Source: an uncultured delta proteobacterium
GTDB lineage: Bacteria > Desulfobacterota > RBG-13-43-22
Length of the DNA stretch: 18,459 nt
Assembly (NCBI GenBank): GCA_963711835.1
Contig: CAVQFQ010000024.1
Span: 1-18,459 of the forward strand
Reading direction: 5' to 3'
The notes beneath the pieces are model-generated. The model was not told the origin of the DNA. It did not search any database and was given only the letters and a program-made list of their open reading frames with translations. The position numbers and the translations under genes are program-made. Shown here piece after piece: positions 6,340-14,867 of the stretch. How positions within the stretch are numbered: the stretch's first letter is position 1; the number at the start of each line of letters is the position of its first letter.

Positions 6340-8106
6340 ATGCCGAAAGTTTTTTTACCTTTAATCATGCAGAATCCGCAGGTGACCTCCCAGCGAATCG
6401 TCTTGGACCCGATCACCCGCATTGAAGGCCACTTGCGCATTGAGGTTCAGGTGGATAACGGTTACGTCACCGACGCCTGGAGCTCGGGGATGATGTTCAG
6501 GGGGCTCGAACTGGTGCTCAAAGGCCGCGACCCCCGCGATGCCTGGCTCTTTGCCCAGCGTATCTGCGGGGTTTGAACGACCGTTCATGCTATCTGCTCC
6601 GTGCGGGCAGTTGAAAACGCCTTGGGCATCGTCATACCGGACAACGCCCGGATCCTGCGCAACCTGCTGGAAGGGGCCCAGTTCATCCAGGATCATGTGA
6701 TCCATTTTTACCATCTCCATGCCCTGGACTGGGTTGATATTGTCAGCGCCCTATCGGCTGACACCAATGCCACCAGCCTGCTGCAACAGTCCGTCTCAAG
6801 CTGGCCCAACTCCAGTCCGGCTTATTTTCAAACCGTCAAGAACCGCCTGACAAGCTTTGTCAACAGCGGGCAACTGGGGCTTTTTGCCAACGGCTACTGG
6901 GGACATCCGGCCTATAAACTGCCGCCGGAAGCCAACCTGATGGCTGCGGCCCATTATCTCGAGGCCCTGGATTTCCAGCGGGAGTATATTAAATTTCACG
7001 CCGTGCTGGGCGGCAAAAATCCTCATCCCCAGACCTATCTGGTAGGCGGCATGGCCATTCCCATGGACCGGACCAGCACCTGGTCCATCAATGACAATAC
7101 CATCGCCCAGCTCCGAACCATGTCGCAGACGGCCCTGAACTTTGTAACCCAGGTCTATATCCCGGATCTTTTGGCCATTGCTTCCTACTATAAAGATTGG
7201 GCCGGACTGGGAGCCGGACCGGGCAACTATCTGTCCTACGGGGATTGGCCGGCCGGCCCTCAGGGAGGGTATTCCTGGGGGAATCAATGGCTACCTCGAG
7301 GACTGGTCTTTAATAAAAACATCGCTTCCGTACCGCAAGCCCTTGACCCCAACCTGATCGGCGAATATGTCAGCCGTTCCTGGTACAGCTATAGCGGCGG
7401 TGACGCCTTGCCGAAAAATCCGGCCCAGGGAGAAACGGTTCCCAGCTATACCGGTCCTCAGCCGCCTTTCGAAAATCTGAATACCGACGGAAAATACTCC
7501 TGGCTCAAATCGCCGCGATACAACGACGCCCCCATGGAAGTAGGACCGCTGGCCCGGATGCTGGTAGCTTACGCCGCCGGGCACACTCAGGTACGGCAGG
7601 AGATCAACAATGTTCTGGCCACCCTGGGGCTGGGGGCTGCGGCCCTGTTCTCAACCCTGGGGCGCGTGGCGGCCCGGGGTGTTGAAACCCTGCTGGCGGC
7701 TCGGAAGATGACTGACTGGATTACTGAACTGGAGGTCAACCTCAATAGTGGCAATCTGATCATTCATGAGTCCTCGAAATGGAATCCCGCCTCCTGGCCG
7801 GCTGATGCCCAGGGCTGGGGGGCCACCGAAGCGCCCCGCGGTGCTTTGGGCCACTGGATCCAGATCAAGAACGGGAAAATCGAAAACTATCAGGCCGTGG
7901 TGGCCACGGTCTGGAATGGCTCCCCCCGGGATGGAAAAGGGCAGCGCGGCGTCTGGGAAGAGGCCTTGATCGGCACGCCTATAGCGGATCCGGAAAGGCC
8001 GGTAGAGGTGCTGCGCACCATTCACTCTTTCGATCCCTGTATGGCCTGTTCAGTGCACATCGTGGACGGGCGGGGCCGAGAAGTGACCCGTGTACGCGTT
8101 GACTGA
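6340..8106 (+). CDS. Group 1 [NiFe]-hydrogenase large subunit (588 codons) with in-frame TGA at codon 79 (candidate selenocysteine)
   Basis: ORFs 6340-6576 and 6601-8106 share a frame and read DPITRIEGH...QRICGV(TGA)[16 protein letters not shown]...[10 protein letters not shown]...[12 protein letters not shown] plus a 15-aa cleavable tail. RBS AAGGAG at 6329-6334. Confidence 0.9.
6582..6619 (+). promoter_or_regulatory. Candidate bacterial SECIS element
   Basis: Upper stem CTGC[T]CC-GTGC-GGGCAG (6594-6610) with a bulged U and a G-initiated loop beginning 25 nt after the TGA. Possible lower pairing between CGTTCA and TGAAAACG. Not scored with a model. Confidence 0.5.
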
Positions 8107-8107
8107 A

Positions 8108-8599
8108 ATGAAAGAGGCCAAGATCCTTATCCTGGGACTGGGCAACATTCTGTTACAGGATGAAGGCTTGGGCGTGCAGGCTGTCCAAAGGCTGGAGTCT
8201 AACTATCAATTGCCTCCAGATGTGGAGATAATTGATGGAGGAACCAAGGGCCTTGATCTTCTTCCTTTTCTCGAAGGCCTCACCGACCTGCTTATCCTGG
8301 ATGCGGTTAAGATGGACGAGGCCCCTGGAACTTTAATTCGATTGGAAGGGGAGGCCATTCCAAAGGCCCTTTCCGTCAAAATGTCCATGCATCAAGTGGG
8401 TCTGCAGGAACTCCTGGCCCTGGGCGACCTGCAGGGCACACTCCCATCCCGCATCGTCCTCCTGGGTTTGGAGCCCGCTGTCGTTGATTGGGGACTGGAA
8501 CTCTCACCGCCAGTCGCTGATAAACTGGATGAACTGGTAGAGGCAGCGGCCGAAGAATTACGACGCTGGCAGGTTGAGCCTATTGAGAAACCGGCGTAG
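8108..8599 (+). CDS. Hydrogenase maturation endopeptidase (HyaD/HybD family)
   Basis: ILILGLGNILLQDEGLGV, IIDGGT, LILDAV, SMHQVGL, LSPPV. Starts 1 nt after the large-subunit stop. Confidence 0.93.
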   Translation: MKEAKILILGLGNILLQDEGLGVQAVQRLESNYQLPPDVEIIDGGTKGLDLLPFLEGLTDLLILDAVKMDEAPGTLIRLEGEAIPKALSVKMSMHQVGLQELLALGDLQGTLPSRIVLLGLEPAVVDWGLELSPPVADKLDELVEAAAEELRRWQVEPIEKPA

Positions 8600-8635
8600 A
8601 TCATCTTTTGTCTTTATAGGATCTGTAAATAGTCC

Positions 8636-8665
8636 TTGACAGGGATAAGGCAGATCTGATATAAA
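8636..8665 (+). promoter_or_regulatory. Putative sigma70 promoter upstream of the riboswitch
   Basis: TTGACA (8636-8641), then TG-A-TATAAA (8657-8665). Confidence 0.6.
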
Positions 8666-8679
8666 TCAAGTCAAGAATA

Positions 8680-8780
8680 ACAAAGGGGAGTAGCTTTTAA
8701 GATAGTTGCCGTCAATACGCCTTCCTAAAAGGGGGCCGGTACTATCCGTTAGAGCCCAATCTAACAAGCCAGACCTTTGT
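8680..8780 (+). ncRNA. yybP-ykoY manganese riboswitch aptamer
   Basis: ACAAAGG-GGAGTAGC 5' signature, CGTCAATAC L3 motif and 3' GCCAGACCTTTGT closing P1. Lies upstream of a P-type ATPase, as for L. lactis yoaB. Confidence 0.88.
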
Positions 8781-8812
8781 CACGATATGACCGTGACAAA
8801 GGTCTTTTTTTT
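8771..8812 (+). terminator. Riboswitch expression-platform intrinsic terminator
   Basis: AGACCTTTGTCACG-ATATGAC-CGTGACAAAGGTCT plus a T tract. The 5' arm overlaps the aptamer P1 3' strand, giving ON-switch geometry. Confidence 0.88.
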
Positions 8813-8833
8813 CCTAAGGTGCGAAAGGATTCA

Positions 8834-11530
8834 ATGGATTTAATAGCCGAAGAAAATAGAGTCCATTCCGTTTGGCATCAGCTTAATTCGGACGCGGTCA
8901 GGGATCGGCTTAAATCTGCAAGCACCGGTCTCACTCAGGAGGAAGTTCGGAAGCGGCTGGAGCGCTTCGGCCCCAATGAACTGATCGAGAAGAAACGCAA
9001 ATCGCTGTTTATGATGTTCCTGGATCAGTTCAAGGATTTCATGATCCTGGTCTTGATCGCCGCCGCGGTGGTGGCCGGAGTCATCGGCGAACCTTCCGAT
9101 ACGATCGCCATTGCCGTTATCGTGCTGCTGAACGCCGTACTCGGGTTCGTTCAGGAATACCGCGCCGAAAAGGCCATGGCCGCCCTGAAAAAACTGGCCG
9201 CCCCTTCGGCGACCGTTATTCGAGGCGGGCGGCCCGAGAAGATCACCGCGGACCGGCTCGTTCCCGGAGACCTGGTTATCCTGGAGGCCGGCCAGGTGGT
9301 GCCGGCAGATATACGGCTGATCGAAGCGATACAGCTCCGGACCGAAGAGGCGGCTTTGACCGGCGAGTCCCAGCCGGTGGAGAAGGAAACCGCCTCGCTG
9401 AGGGAAGAGGACCTGCCCATCGGGGACCGGAGAAACATGGCCTATAAAGGGACCTTGGTTACTTACGGCCGAGGCCAGGGCCTGGTGACGGCCACCGGAA
9501 TGCGAACCGAACTCGGCCGGATCGCCACCCTGCTCCAAGCCCAGGAAGAGGGGAAGACGCCGCTCCAGAAGCGGCTCACCTCCTTCGGGAAGAAGTTGGC
9601 CTACGCGGTTCTGGCCATCTGCGCCATCGTCTTTATCGCCGGACTTTCGCGGGGCGAGCCGCCGCTTTTAATGCTGCTCACGGCCATCTCTCTGGCGGTG
9701 GCGGCCATCCCTGAGGCCCTGCCGGCGGTCATTACCATCTCCCTGGCCCTGGGGGCAAAAAAGCTGGTCAAACAACAGGCTTTGATCAGGAAACTGCCGG
9801 CGGTCGAGACCCTGGGCTCGGTTACCTATATCTGCTCCGACAAGACCGGAACCCTGACCTTAAACCGGATGACCGTGGAAGAAATTTATGCCGACGGCCG
9901 TCTGTTCCGGTCTGAAGAACTTCCGACGGCTGGCCCTGAAAGCGCGGAGGTGCCTCTTTCAGGCAGGAACCCCCTGGGGATGCTGCTTACGGCCCTGGCC
10001 CTCTCCAATGACGCCCGATTGGATACCTCCGGGAAAGTCATAGGCGATCCGACCGAGGTGGCCCTGTTCAACCTGGCCCGGGAAAAGGGCTTGCTCAGGG
10101 AAAAACTCGATGAAAAATTCCCTCGGCTGGCCGAGATCCCTTTCGATTCGGACCGGAAGTTGATGACCACCTTCCATCCCTGGGAAAACGGCCGGGTGAT
10201 TTCCTTCACCAAAGGGGCGGTGGAGGAAATAGTAGAACGCTCCGAAAAGGCGATCACCAGTCGGGGTCCGGAGGATCTCGATCGGCCACAGATCCTGAAG
10301 ATCGCCGACCGGATTGCCGGAGACGGCCTGCGGGCCCTGGGGTTCGGCCTGCGGATCTGGGACGAAACTCCGGACCCGTTGATCTCGGAAGGAGTCGAAA
10401 CGGGACTCACTCTAATCGGGATCGTTGGAATGATGGATCCGCCGCGGCCGGAGGCGGGGGAGGCCGTGGCCATGTGCCGGTCCGCCGGCATCCGGCCGGT
10501 GATGATCACCGGGGACCACCCGCTGACGGCCCGGGTGATCGCCAAACGGATCGGGATCCTCGAGGGGGACGGGAAAGCCGTGTTGACCGGTCGGGAACTC
10601 GATCAGCTGTCTCTGGAGGAATTTGAAAACCGGGTAGAGAAGATACAGGTTTACGCCCGGGTCGCGCCGGAGCAGAAGCTGAAGATCGTCAAGGCCCTGC
10701 AGGATAAAGGGCAATTCGTGGCCATGACCGGGGACGGGGTCAACGACGCGCCGGCGCTGAAGCGGGCGGATATCGGTATTGCCATGGGCATAACCGGCAC
10801 CGATGTGTCCAAAGAGGCCTCCCATATGATCCTGATGGACGATAACTTCGCCACCATCGTCAAGGCCGTGCGGGAAGGACGCAAGATCTATGACAATATT
10901 CGCAAGTTCATCCGCTATCTCCTGACCACGAATTCCGGGGAAATCTGGACCCTCTTTCTGGCCCCCTTTTTGGGGTTACCGATCCCCTTGCTGCCTATTC
11001 ACATCCTCTGGGTTAACCTCGTGACCGATGGTCTGCCGGCCCTGGCCCTTTCGGCTGAAAAGGCTGAGAAGGACGTGATGAACAGGCCGCCGCGGAACCC
11101 TCGGGAGAGCATCTTCGCCCAGGGATTGGGCGTTCATGCCATCTGGGTCGGGCTCCTCATGGCCGGGGTGGTTCTCGGACTGCAGGCCGGGGCCATCCAC
11201 CAGGGCGATACCCATTGGCAAACCATGGTCTTTACCACGCTCTGTCTTCTCCAACTCGGCCATGTGATGGCTATCCGGTCGGAACGGGAGTCACTTTTTA
11301 AGCAAGGTCTTTTTTCCAATAAACCGCTGTTGGCCAGCGTCCTGCTGACGATATTGCTCCAGATGGCGACCATCTATATCCCGGCCCTGAACTCCGTGTT
11401 TAAAACCGAACCTTTGACCGCCAGGGAGTTGTTCCTGGTGTTTGGTCTTTCCAGTACGGTTTTTTGGGCCGTGGAAATTGAAAAATTTTTTAAGCGTCGG
11501 TTTAAAAAGACTTCATCCCTGTTTGACTAA
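8834..11530 (+). CDS. P-type cation-transporting ATPase, P2A (Ca2+/Mn2+; YoaB/YloB-like), 898 aa
   Basis: LTGES, IPEALP, DKTGTLT, MITGDH, TGDGVNDAPAL, TTNSGE, WVNLVTDGLPAL. Start moved to ATG 8834 (AAGGA RBS) because the ORF-track start lies inside the terminator. Confidence 0.93.
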   Translation: MDLIAEENRVHSVWHQLNSDAVRDRLKSASTGLTQEEVRKRLERFGPNELIEKKRKSLFMMFLDQFKDFMILVLIAAAVVAGVIGEPSDTIAIAVIVLLNAVLGFVQEYRAEKAMAALKKLAAPSATVIRGGRPEKITADRLVPGDLVILEAGQVVPADIRLIEAIQLRTEEAALTGESQPVEKETASLREEDLPIGDRRNMAYKGTLVTYGRGQGLVTATGMRTELGRIATLLQAQEEGKTPLQKRLTSFGKKLAYAVLAICAIVFIAGLSRGEPPLLMLLTAISLAVAAIPEALPAVITISLALGAKKLVKQQALIRKLPAVETLGSVTYICSDKTGTLTLNRMTVEEIYADGRLFRSEELPTAGPESAEVPLSGRNPLGMLLTALALSNDARLDTSGKVIGDPTEVALFNLAREKGLLREKLDEKFPRLAEIPFDSDRKLMTTFHPWENGRVISFTKGAVEEIVERSEKAITSRGPEDLDRPQILKIADRIAGDGLRALGFGLRIWDETPDPLISEGVETGLTLIGIVGMMDPPRPEAGEAVAMCRSAGIRPVMITGDHPLTARVIAKRIGILEGDGKAVLTGRELDQLSLEEFENRVEKIQVYARVAPEQKLKIVKALQDKGQFVAMTGDGVNDAPALKRADIGIAMGITGTDVSKEASHMILMDDNFATIVKAVREGRKIYDNIRKFIRYLLTTNSGEIWTLFLAPFLGLPIPLLPIHILWVNLVTDGLPALALSAEKAEKDVMNRPPRNPRESIFAQGLGVHAIWVGLLMAGVVLGLQAGAIHQGDTHWQTMVFTTLCLLQLGHVMAIRSERESLFKQGLFSNKPLLASVLLTILLQMATIYIPALNSVFKTEPLTARELFLVFGLSSTVFWAVEIEKFFKRRFKKTSSLFD

Positions 11531-11584
11531 AAAGGATTTTTTCTATACCTTGTATAGAAAACCGTAACACTTTGACCCCGAGGG

Positions 11585-12520
11585 ATGGCTCACAATCATA
11601 CTCAAAAAAATCTAAATTATAACCGGGCCTTTGCGGCGGCGATCCTGCTGAATGTTGTTTTTGTGACGATTGAAGCGGGGTATGGGATCCTGAGGGGGTC
11701 ACTGGCGCTGCTGGCCGACGCCGGCCATAACCTGAGCGATGTCTTAAGCCTGCTCCTGGCCTGGGGCGCCGGCTGGCTGGCCGCCAGAGGTCCGTCGCCG
11801 GCCAGGACCTATGGTTTTCGAAGGGTGACCATTCTGGCCCCGGTGGTCAGCTCCGTTCTGCTGCTGGCCGCCATGGGCGGAATCGGCTGGGAAGCGATCC
11901 GGAGATTTTACAACCCGCAACCGGCCGAGGGCGGGATCATCATCCTGGTTGCGGGAGTAGGCGTGGTGATCAATTCCTTGAGCGCCTTGCTTTTTTTCTC
12001 CGGTCAGAAGCAGGACCTGAATATCAAGGCGGCCTTCCTCCACCTGGCCGCCGATGCCGGGGTTTCGCTCGGCGTGGTCGGGATCGGTGCGGCCATCCTG
12101 ATAACCGGCTGGGTCTGGCTGGACCCGTTGATCAGCCTGGCCATTATTATCGTCATTCTGGCCGGAACCTGGGGATTGCTGCGGGATTCCATTAATCTTT
12201 CTCTCGACGCCGTTCCCAGGGGGGTTGATATGTCCGGCATCCGGGATTACTTGACCGGGTTGAGAAGCGGCACGAAAATCCATGACCTGCATGTCTGGCC
12301 GCTCAGCGTAACGGAGACGGCCCTGACCGTTCATCTGGTAGTGCCCGGCGATCCGGCCGATCAGGACTTGACGCAGGTCATCCAGCGAACCCTGCATGAC
12401 CAATTCGGGATTGATCATGCAACCATTCAGATCGAACGGGAACCGGCCGAACAGTGTTGTCCCTTAGATCGTCCGAACTGTTTGCCCGGATGTGGTCAAG
12501 GGCACTCCTTTGAGGGGTAA
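11585..12520 (+). CDS. Cation diffusion facilitator (CzcD/ZitB-like) transporter
   Basis: SLALLADAGHNLSD, RTYGFRR, NIKAAFLHLAAD, IHDLHVW, HATIQIE, with six hydrophobic segments. Confidence 0.93.
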   Translation: MAHNHTQKNLNYNRAFAAAILLNVVFVTIEAGYGILRGSLALLADAGHNLSDVLSLLLAWGAGWLAARGPSPARTYGFRRVTILAPVVSSVLLLAAMGGIGWEAIRRFYNPQPAEGGIIILVAGVGVVINSLSALLFFSGQKQDLNIKAAFLHLAADAGVSLGVVGIGAAILITGWVWLDPLISLAIIIVILAGTWGLLRDSINLSLDAVPRGVDMSGIRDYLTGLRSGTKIHDLHVWPLSVTETALTVHLVVPGDPADQDLTQVIQRTLHDQFGIDHATIQIEREPAEQCCPLDRPNCLPGCGQGHSFEG

Positions 12521-12530
12521 TTCATATACA

Positions 12531-12558
12531 GGGTGCCGGGGAAAAACCCCGGCTGCCC
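12531..12558. terminator. GC-rich hairpin between the convergent CDF and toxin genes
   Basis: GCCGGGG-AAAAA-CCCCGGC core. No clear U tract. Confidence 0.4.
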
Positions 12559-12569
12559 GATTAGGGGTT

Positions 12570-12863
12570 TTAGAACGCCTTGGGTTCTTCAGGAAGTTGA
12601 GCACTATGCCAGACAGCAACAATCCAGACGGTTTTTTCTTTTATACGGTAGAAGAAACGATAGGGATTTACGATAACTTCACGAAATTGAAGATCAGGAA
12701 ACTCCGGCAAGATCCTGCCTGATCGCGGAAATTTTCGAAGCCTGGTTAAACCCTTTTCCGCCTTGCGCCGGAAAGTGATCGCCGCTGTTGGATTCTCACG
12801 GTAGATATAAGCCATGGCTGCGAGAAATTGATTTCTCCCCGAAGGAGTGAAAAGAACTTTCAA
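12570..12863 (-). CDS. Type II TA toxin, RelE/ParE family
   Basis: MKVLFTPS...YIYRENPTAA...LRKFPRSGRILPE...REVIVNPYRFFYR...IVAVWHS. Overlaps the antitoxin stop by 4 nt. Confidence 0.88.
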   Translation of the reverse strand: MKVLFTPSGRNQFLAAMAYIYRENPTAAITFRRKAEKGLTRLRKFPRSGRILPEFPDLQFREVIVNPYRFFYRIKEKTVWIVAVWHSAQLPEEPKAF

Positions 12864-13141
12864 ACCTTCGACCCTTTCAGCACAGAATCGGCTTCGGCAA
12901 GAACTTCCTCGAGACCATACCCTATCCCCGCCGCGATCTCTTTTTCACCACGGGCGAGAAGACGCAGGAGTTCCACTTCATGCTGGGAATGTTCATAGGC
13001 TTCCATGCTGACCATTACCGCCGCCGCCCGACCTCTTTGGGTAATGACCAGAGGTTCCCGGGAGGCGGTTACACGCTTAAGGATCGTTGTGGCATCCTGC
13101 CGAAGATCGGTAATCGGTATGATATTAGGAATTTTAGCCAT
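12860..13141 (-). CDS. Type II TA antitoxin, Phd/YefM family
   Basis: IIPITDLRQDAT..LKRV...EPLVITQRGRAAAVMVSMEAYE. AGGAGG RBS. Confidence 0.9.
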   Translation of the reverse strand: MAKIPNIIPITDLRQDATTILKRVTASREPLVITQRGRAAAVMVSMEAYEHSQHEVELLRLLARGEKEIAAGIGYGLEEVLAEADSVLKGSKV

Positions 13142-13391
13142 TATTAATACCTCCTACAATAGTGTTAATGATACTTCCAATAACAGTAGAAATCAAGAAC
13201 GATTTTGGAACCTGCGCTGTGGGTTGAGGGGCTGGTGGATTTCTCGTCTTTTTCCGGTTCGCCCTGGGTCAGCAGAGGGGATATGTCCGGCAGGATCAAT
13301 CGGATGGACATAGTCTTTGTCCTAATGTCCGACCGGGACCAAATGGTTTCGGTTTATCCTGAAGAAAGCGCACCTATTTTCAAGAAAAGCT

Positions 13392-13595
13392 TTACATTAC
13401 AGCCTCTCTTAACTTTCGGTATTTTTCTATAAGGACCTGCTCATGGTGGCGTTCTATTTGCGCAAATTCCTCAAATATTTTTTGAGCTTCCGGATCCGAG
13501 GTATCGGCGGCGGCCTTCAGGTAAAATTCCTGGGCCTCCCGTTCCTTTCCCGCGGCCAACTTAAAAATATTTAACAAACCCTCTCGATCCAACAT
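13392..13595 (-). CDS. Small ferritin-like/rubrerythrin-family protein (67 aa, single helix pair)
   Basis: A..KEREAQEFY..AA....DPEA..IFEE.A..ERHH carries the E...ExxH di-iron half-site. AGGAGG RBS. Confidence 0.8.
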   Translation of the reverse strand: MLDREGLLNIFKLAAGKEREAQEFYLKAAADTSDPEAQKIFEEFAQIERHHEQVLIEKYRKLREAVM

Positions 13596-13789
13596 GTTGT
13601 CCTCCTGGTATACTGAAAAATAACCTTACTCCCTTTTTACCACAAAAGTTTCCCTAAGTGGCAGGAAAATAGAGCCAGGGGAGGGGCCGGCGTTCTTCCC
13701 GGTCGACGACGTTGGGTCAACAAGATTCTGGGTCAGCCCCATCACGATCCGCTTATTCCCCGTCCGCTGGGATAGGTCAGACTGCATCA

Positions 13790-14206
13790 CTATGAGACCG
13801 GCGATTGTGGGAGCACCGGTTTGATATCGACTATCGGCGTTCCGTCAATCGCTTCTATCGGCCCCACTTTTAATCTATTCCCGGTGATCTCCAGAACCGT
13901 AACCCGGTGTAAGCCAAGCGGATTTGGTCTATCGGGGGAGCGCGTGGCAAAGACACCGGTCAGAGGCCTGTTCTTGTCCCGGCGCGGGTGCACCTTCAAT
14001 CGGTCGCGATGAGCCTGGTGAAACCAGGTGATCACGACCATTTCATCGCCCGCAGTAATGCCTTCCAGTCCCTCAACAACCGTCGAATCCATTTCGAGCC
14101 AGGCATCGGGCGCGCCTTCATATCCCTGGAAGGGCGCCGCCTCGCGGCTGGTCAAATCGGAGCGGATGACCCCAATTGGTTTGATCGTATAGCTGGTTTC
14201 GATCAT
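13790..14206 (-). CDS. trmO: TrmO/TsaA-family SAM-binding tRNA (t6A37) methyltransferase-like protein, short form
   Basis: IKPIGVIRS, AP.QG, TWFH, GVFATRSPDRPNPLGL, AIDGTPIVDIKP. Confidence 0.85.
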   Translation of the reverse strand: MIETSYTIKPIGVIRSDLTSREAAPFQGYEGAPDAWLEMDSTVVEGLEGITAGDEMVVITWFHQAHRDRLKVHPRRDKNRPLTGVFATRSPDRPNPLGLHRVTVLEITGNRLKVGPIEAIDGTPIVDIKPVLPQSPVS

Positions 14207-14237
14207 ATCTGTGCCTTATTCGACCCTCGTCCATGGT

Positions 14238-14351
14238 TCAGTAATAACTAATCGGCAACCCCTTCAAAACTACGTAGCCAACGATAAACCCTTTCTCGGG
14301 AAGGGCTTCAACAATGGGCTTGTCGACACTTTCATCGGCAAGCAAGTTCAT
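14238..14351 (-). pseudogene. Truncated DUF5615/PIN-like toxin (N-terminal 37 codons)
   Basis: The ATG overlapping the DUF433 stop gives MNLLADESVDKPIVEAL..KG..V.YV, then an early TGA. This family is the usual partner of DUF433. Confidence 0.65.
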
Positions 14352-14585
14352 GCGGCGACCTCGGCAGTCGGATAAACCACATCAAACTTTAAAACTTCGG
14401 CGGCGTAGGCCAGCGCAGCTTGAATTCCTTCCATCGTTAATCGCGGATGGGCCTCGAGGATCTGTACCATTGATTCCCCAGAAGCCATTTTTTCTAATAT
14501 GAGCTCAACAGTTATCCTTGTTCCGGCTATAACCGGTTTACCCATCATTACTGCCGGATCTGACACAATTAATTTTTGTTTGCAT
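14348..14585 (-). CDS. DUF433 family antitoxin; the natural ATG (14585) is one base out of frame
   Basis: IVSDPAVMMGKPVIAGTRITVELILEKMASGES...HPRLT..GIQAALAYAA. The AAGGAG RBS precedes ATG-CAA-A-CAA-AAA-TTA-ATT-GTG, which has one extra A. Confidence 0.82.
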
Positions 14586-14674
14586 TTTTCACTCTCCTTT
14601 TAAAAACCTAACAAAGTATTCTATATTATTTATAATAAGCGCAATCCACCTTCAAGTCGAGATTGGCTTTTTGG

Positions 14675-14850
14675 GGGGTCGGACCCCAACCCCTTCAATT
14701 AGGTTAATTAAAATATCCATTGGCTCTCGGCATTGGTAATCCGCTTAGAAGCCTCTTTTCGGGGGTAAAAAGTGCATTCTAAGGCCTCATTTGCCTATCG
14801 CGTTTAATATGATTTATTGAGAATTGAATCCCTTCGCCTGGTCCGACCCC
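14675..14850. repeat. Approximately 176-bp fold-back element bounded by inverted GGGGTCGGACC repeats (REPIN/MITE-like)
   Basis: 14675-14685 pairs with 14840-14850, TTCAATT with AATTGAA (14694/14828), GGCA with TGCC, and CTTAGAA with TTCTAAG (14744/14783). All share a centre near 14762. Confidence 0.65.
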
Positions 14851-14867
14851 ATAGTCATAGTAGTTCC

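Noticed and set aside
6340-6576. Separate 78-aa CDS and a 501-aa CDS at 6601-8106
   Set aside because: They share a frame and are contiguous halves of one large subunit. The split is the in-frame TGA inside RxCGxC.
8032-8058. Canonical [NiFeSe] Sec site in the C-terminal motif
   Set aside because: The codons are TGT (DPCMAC), so this is not a classical HysA-type enzyme.
13005-13432. Short plus-strand ORFs between the antitoxin and the ferritin-like gene
   Set aside because: No recognisable motifs, and they partly overlap supported minus-strand genes.
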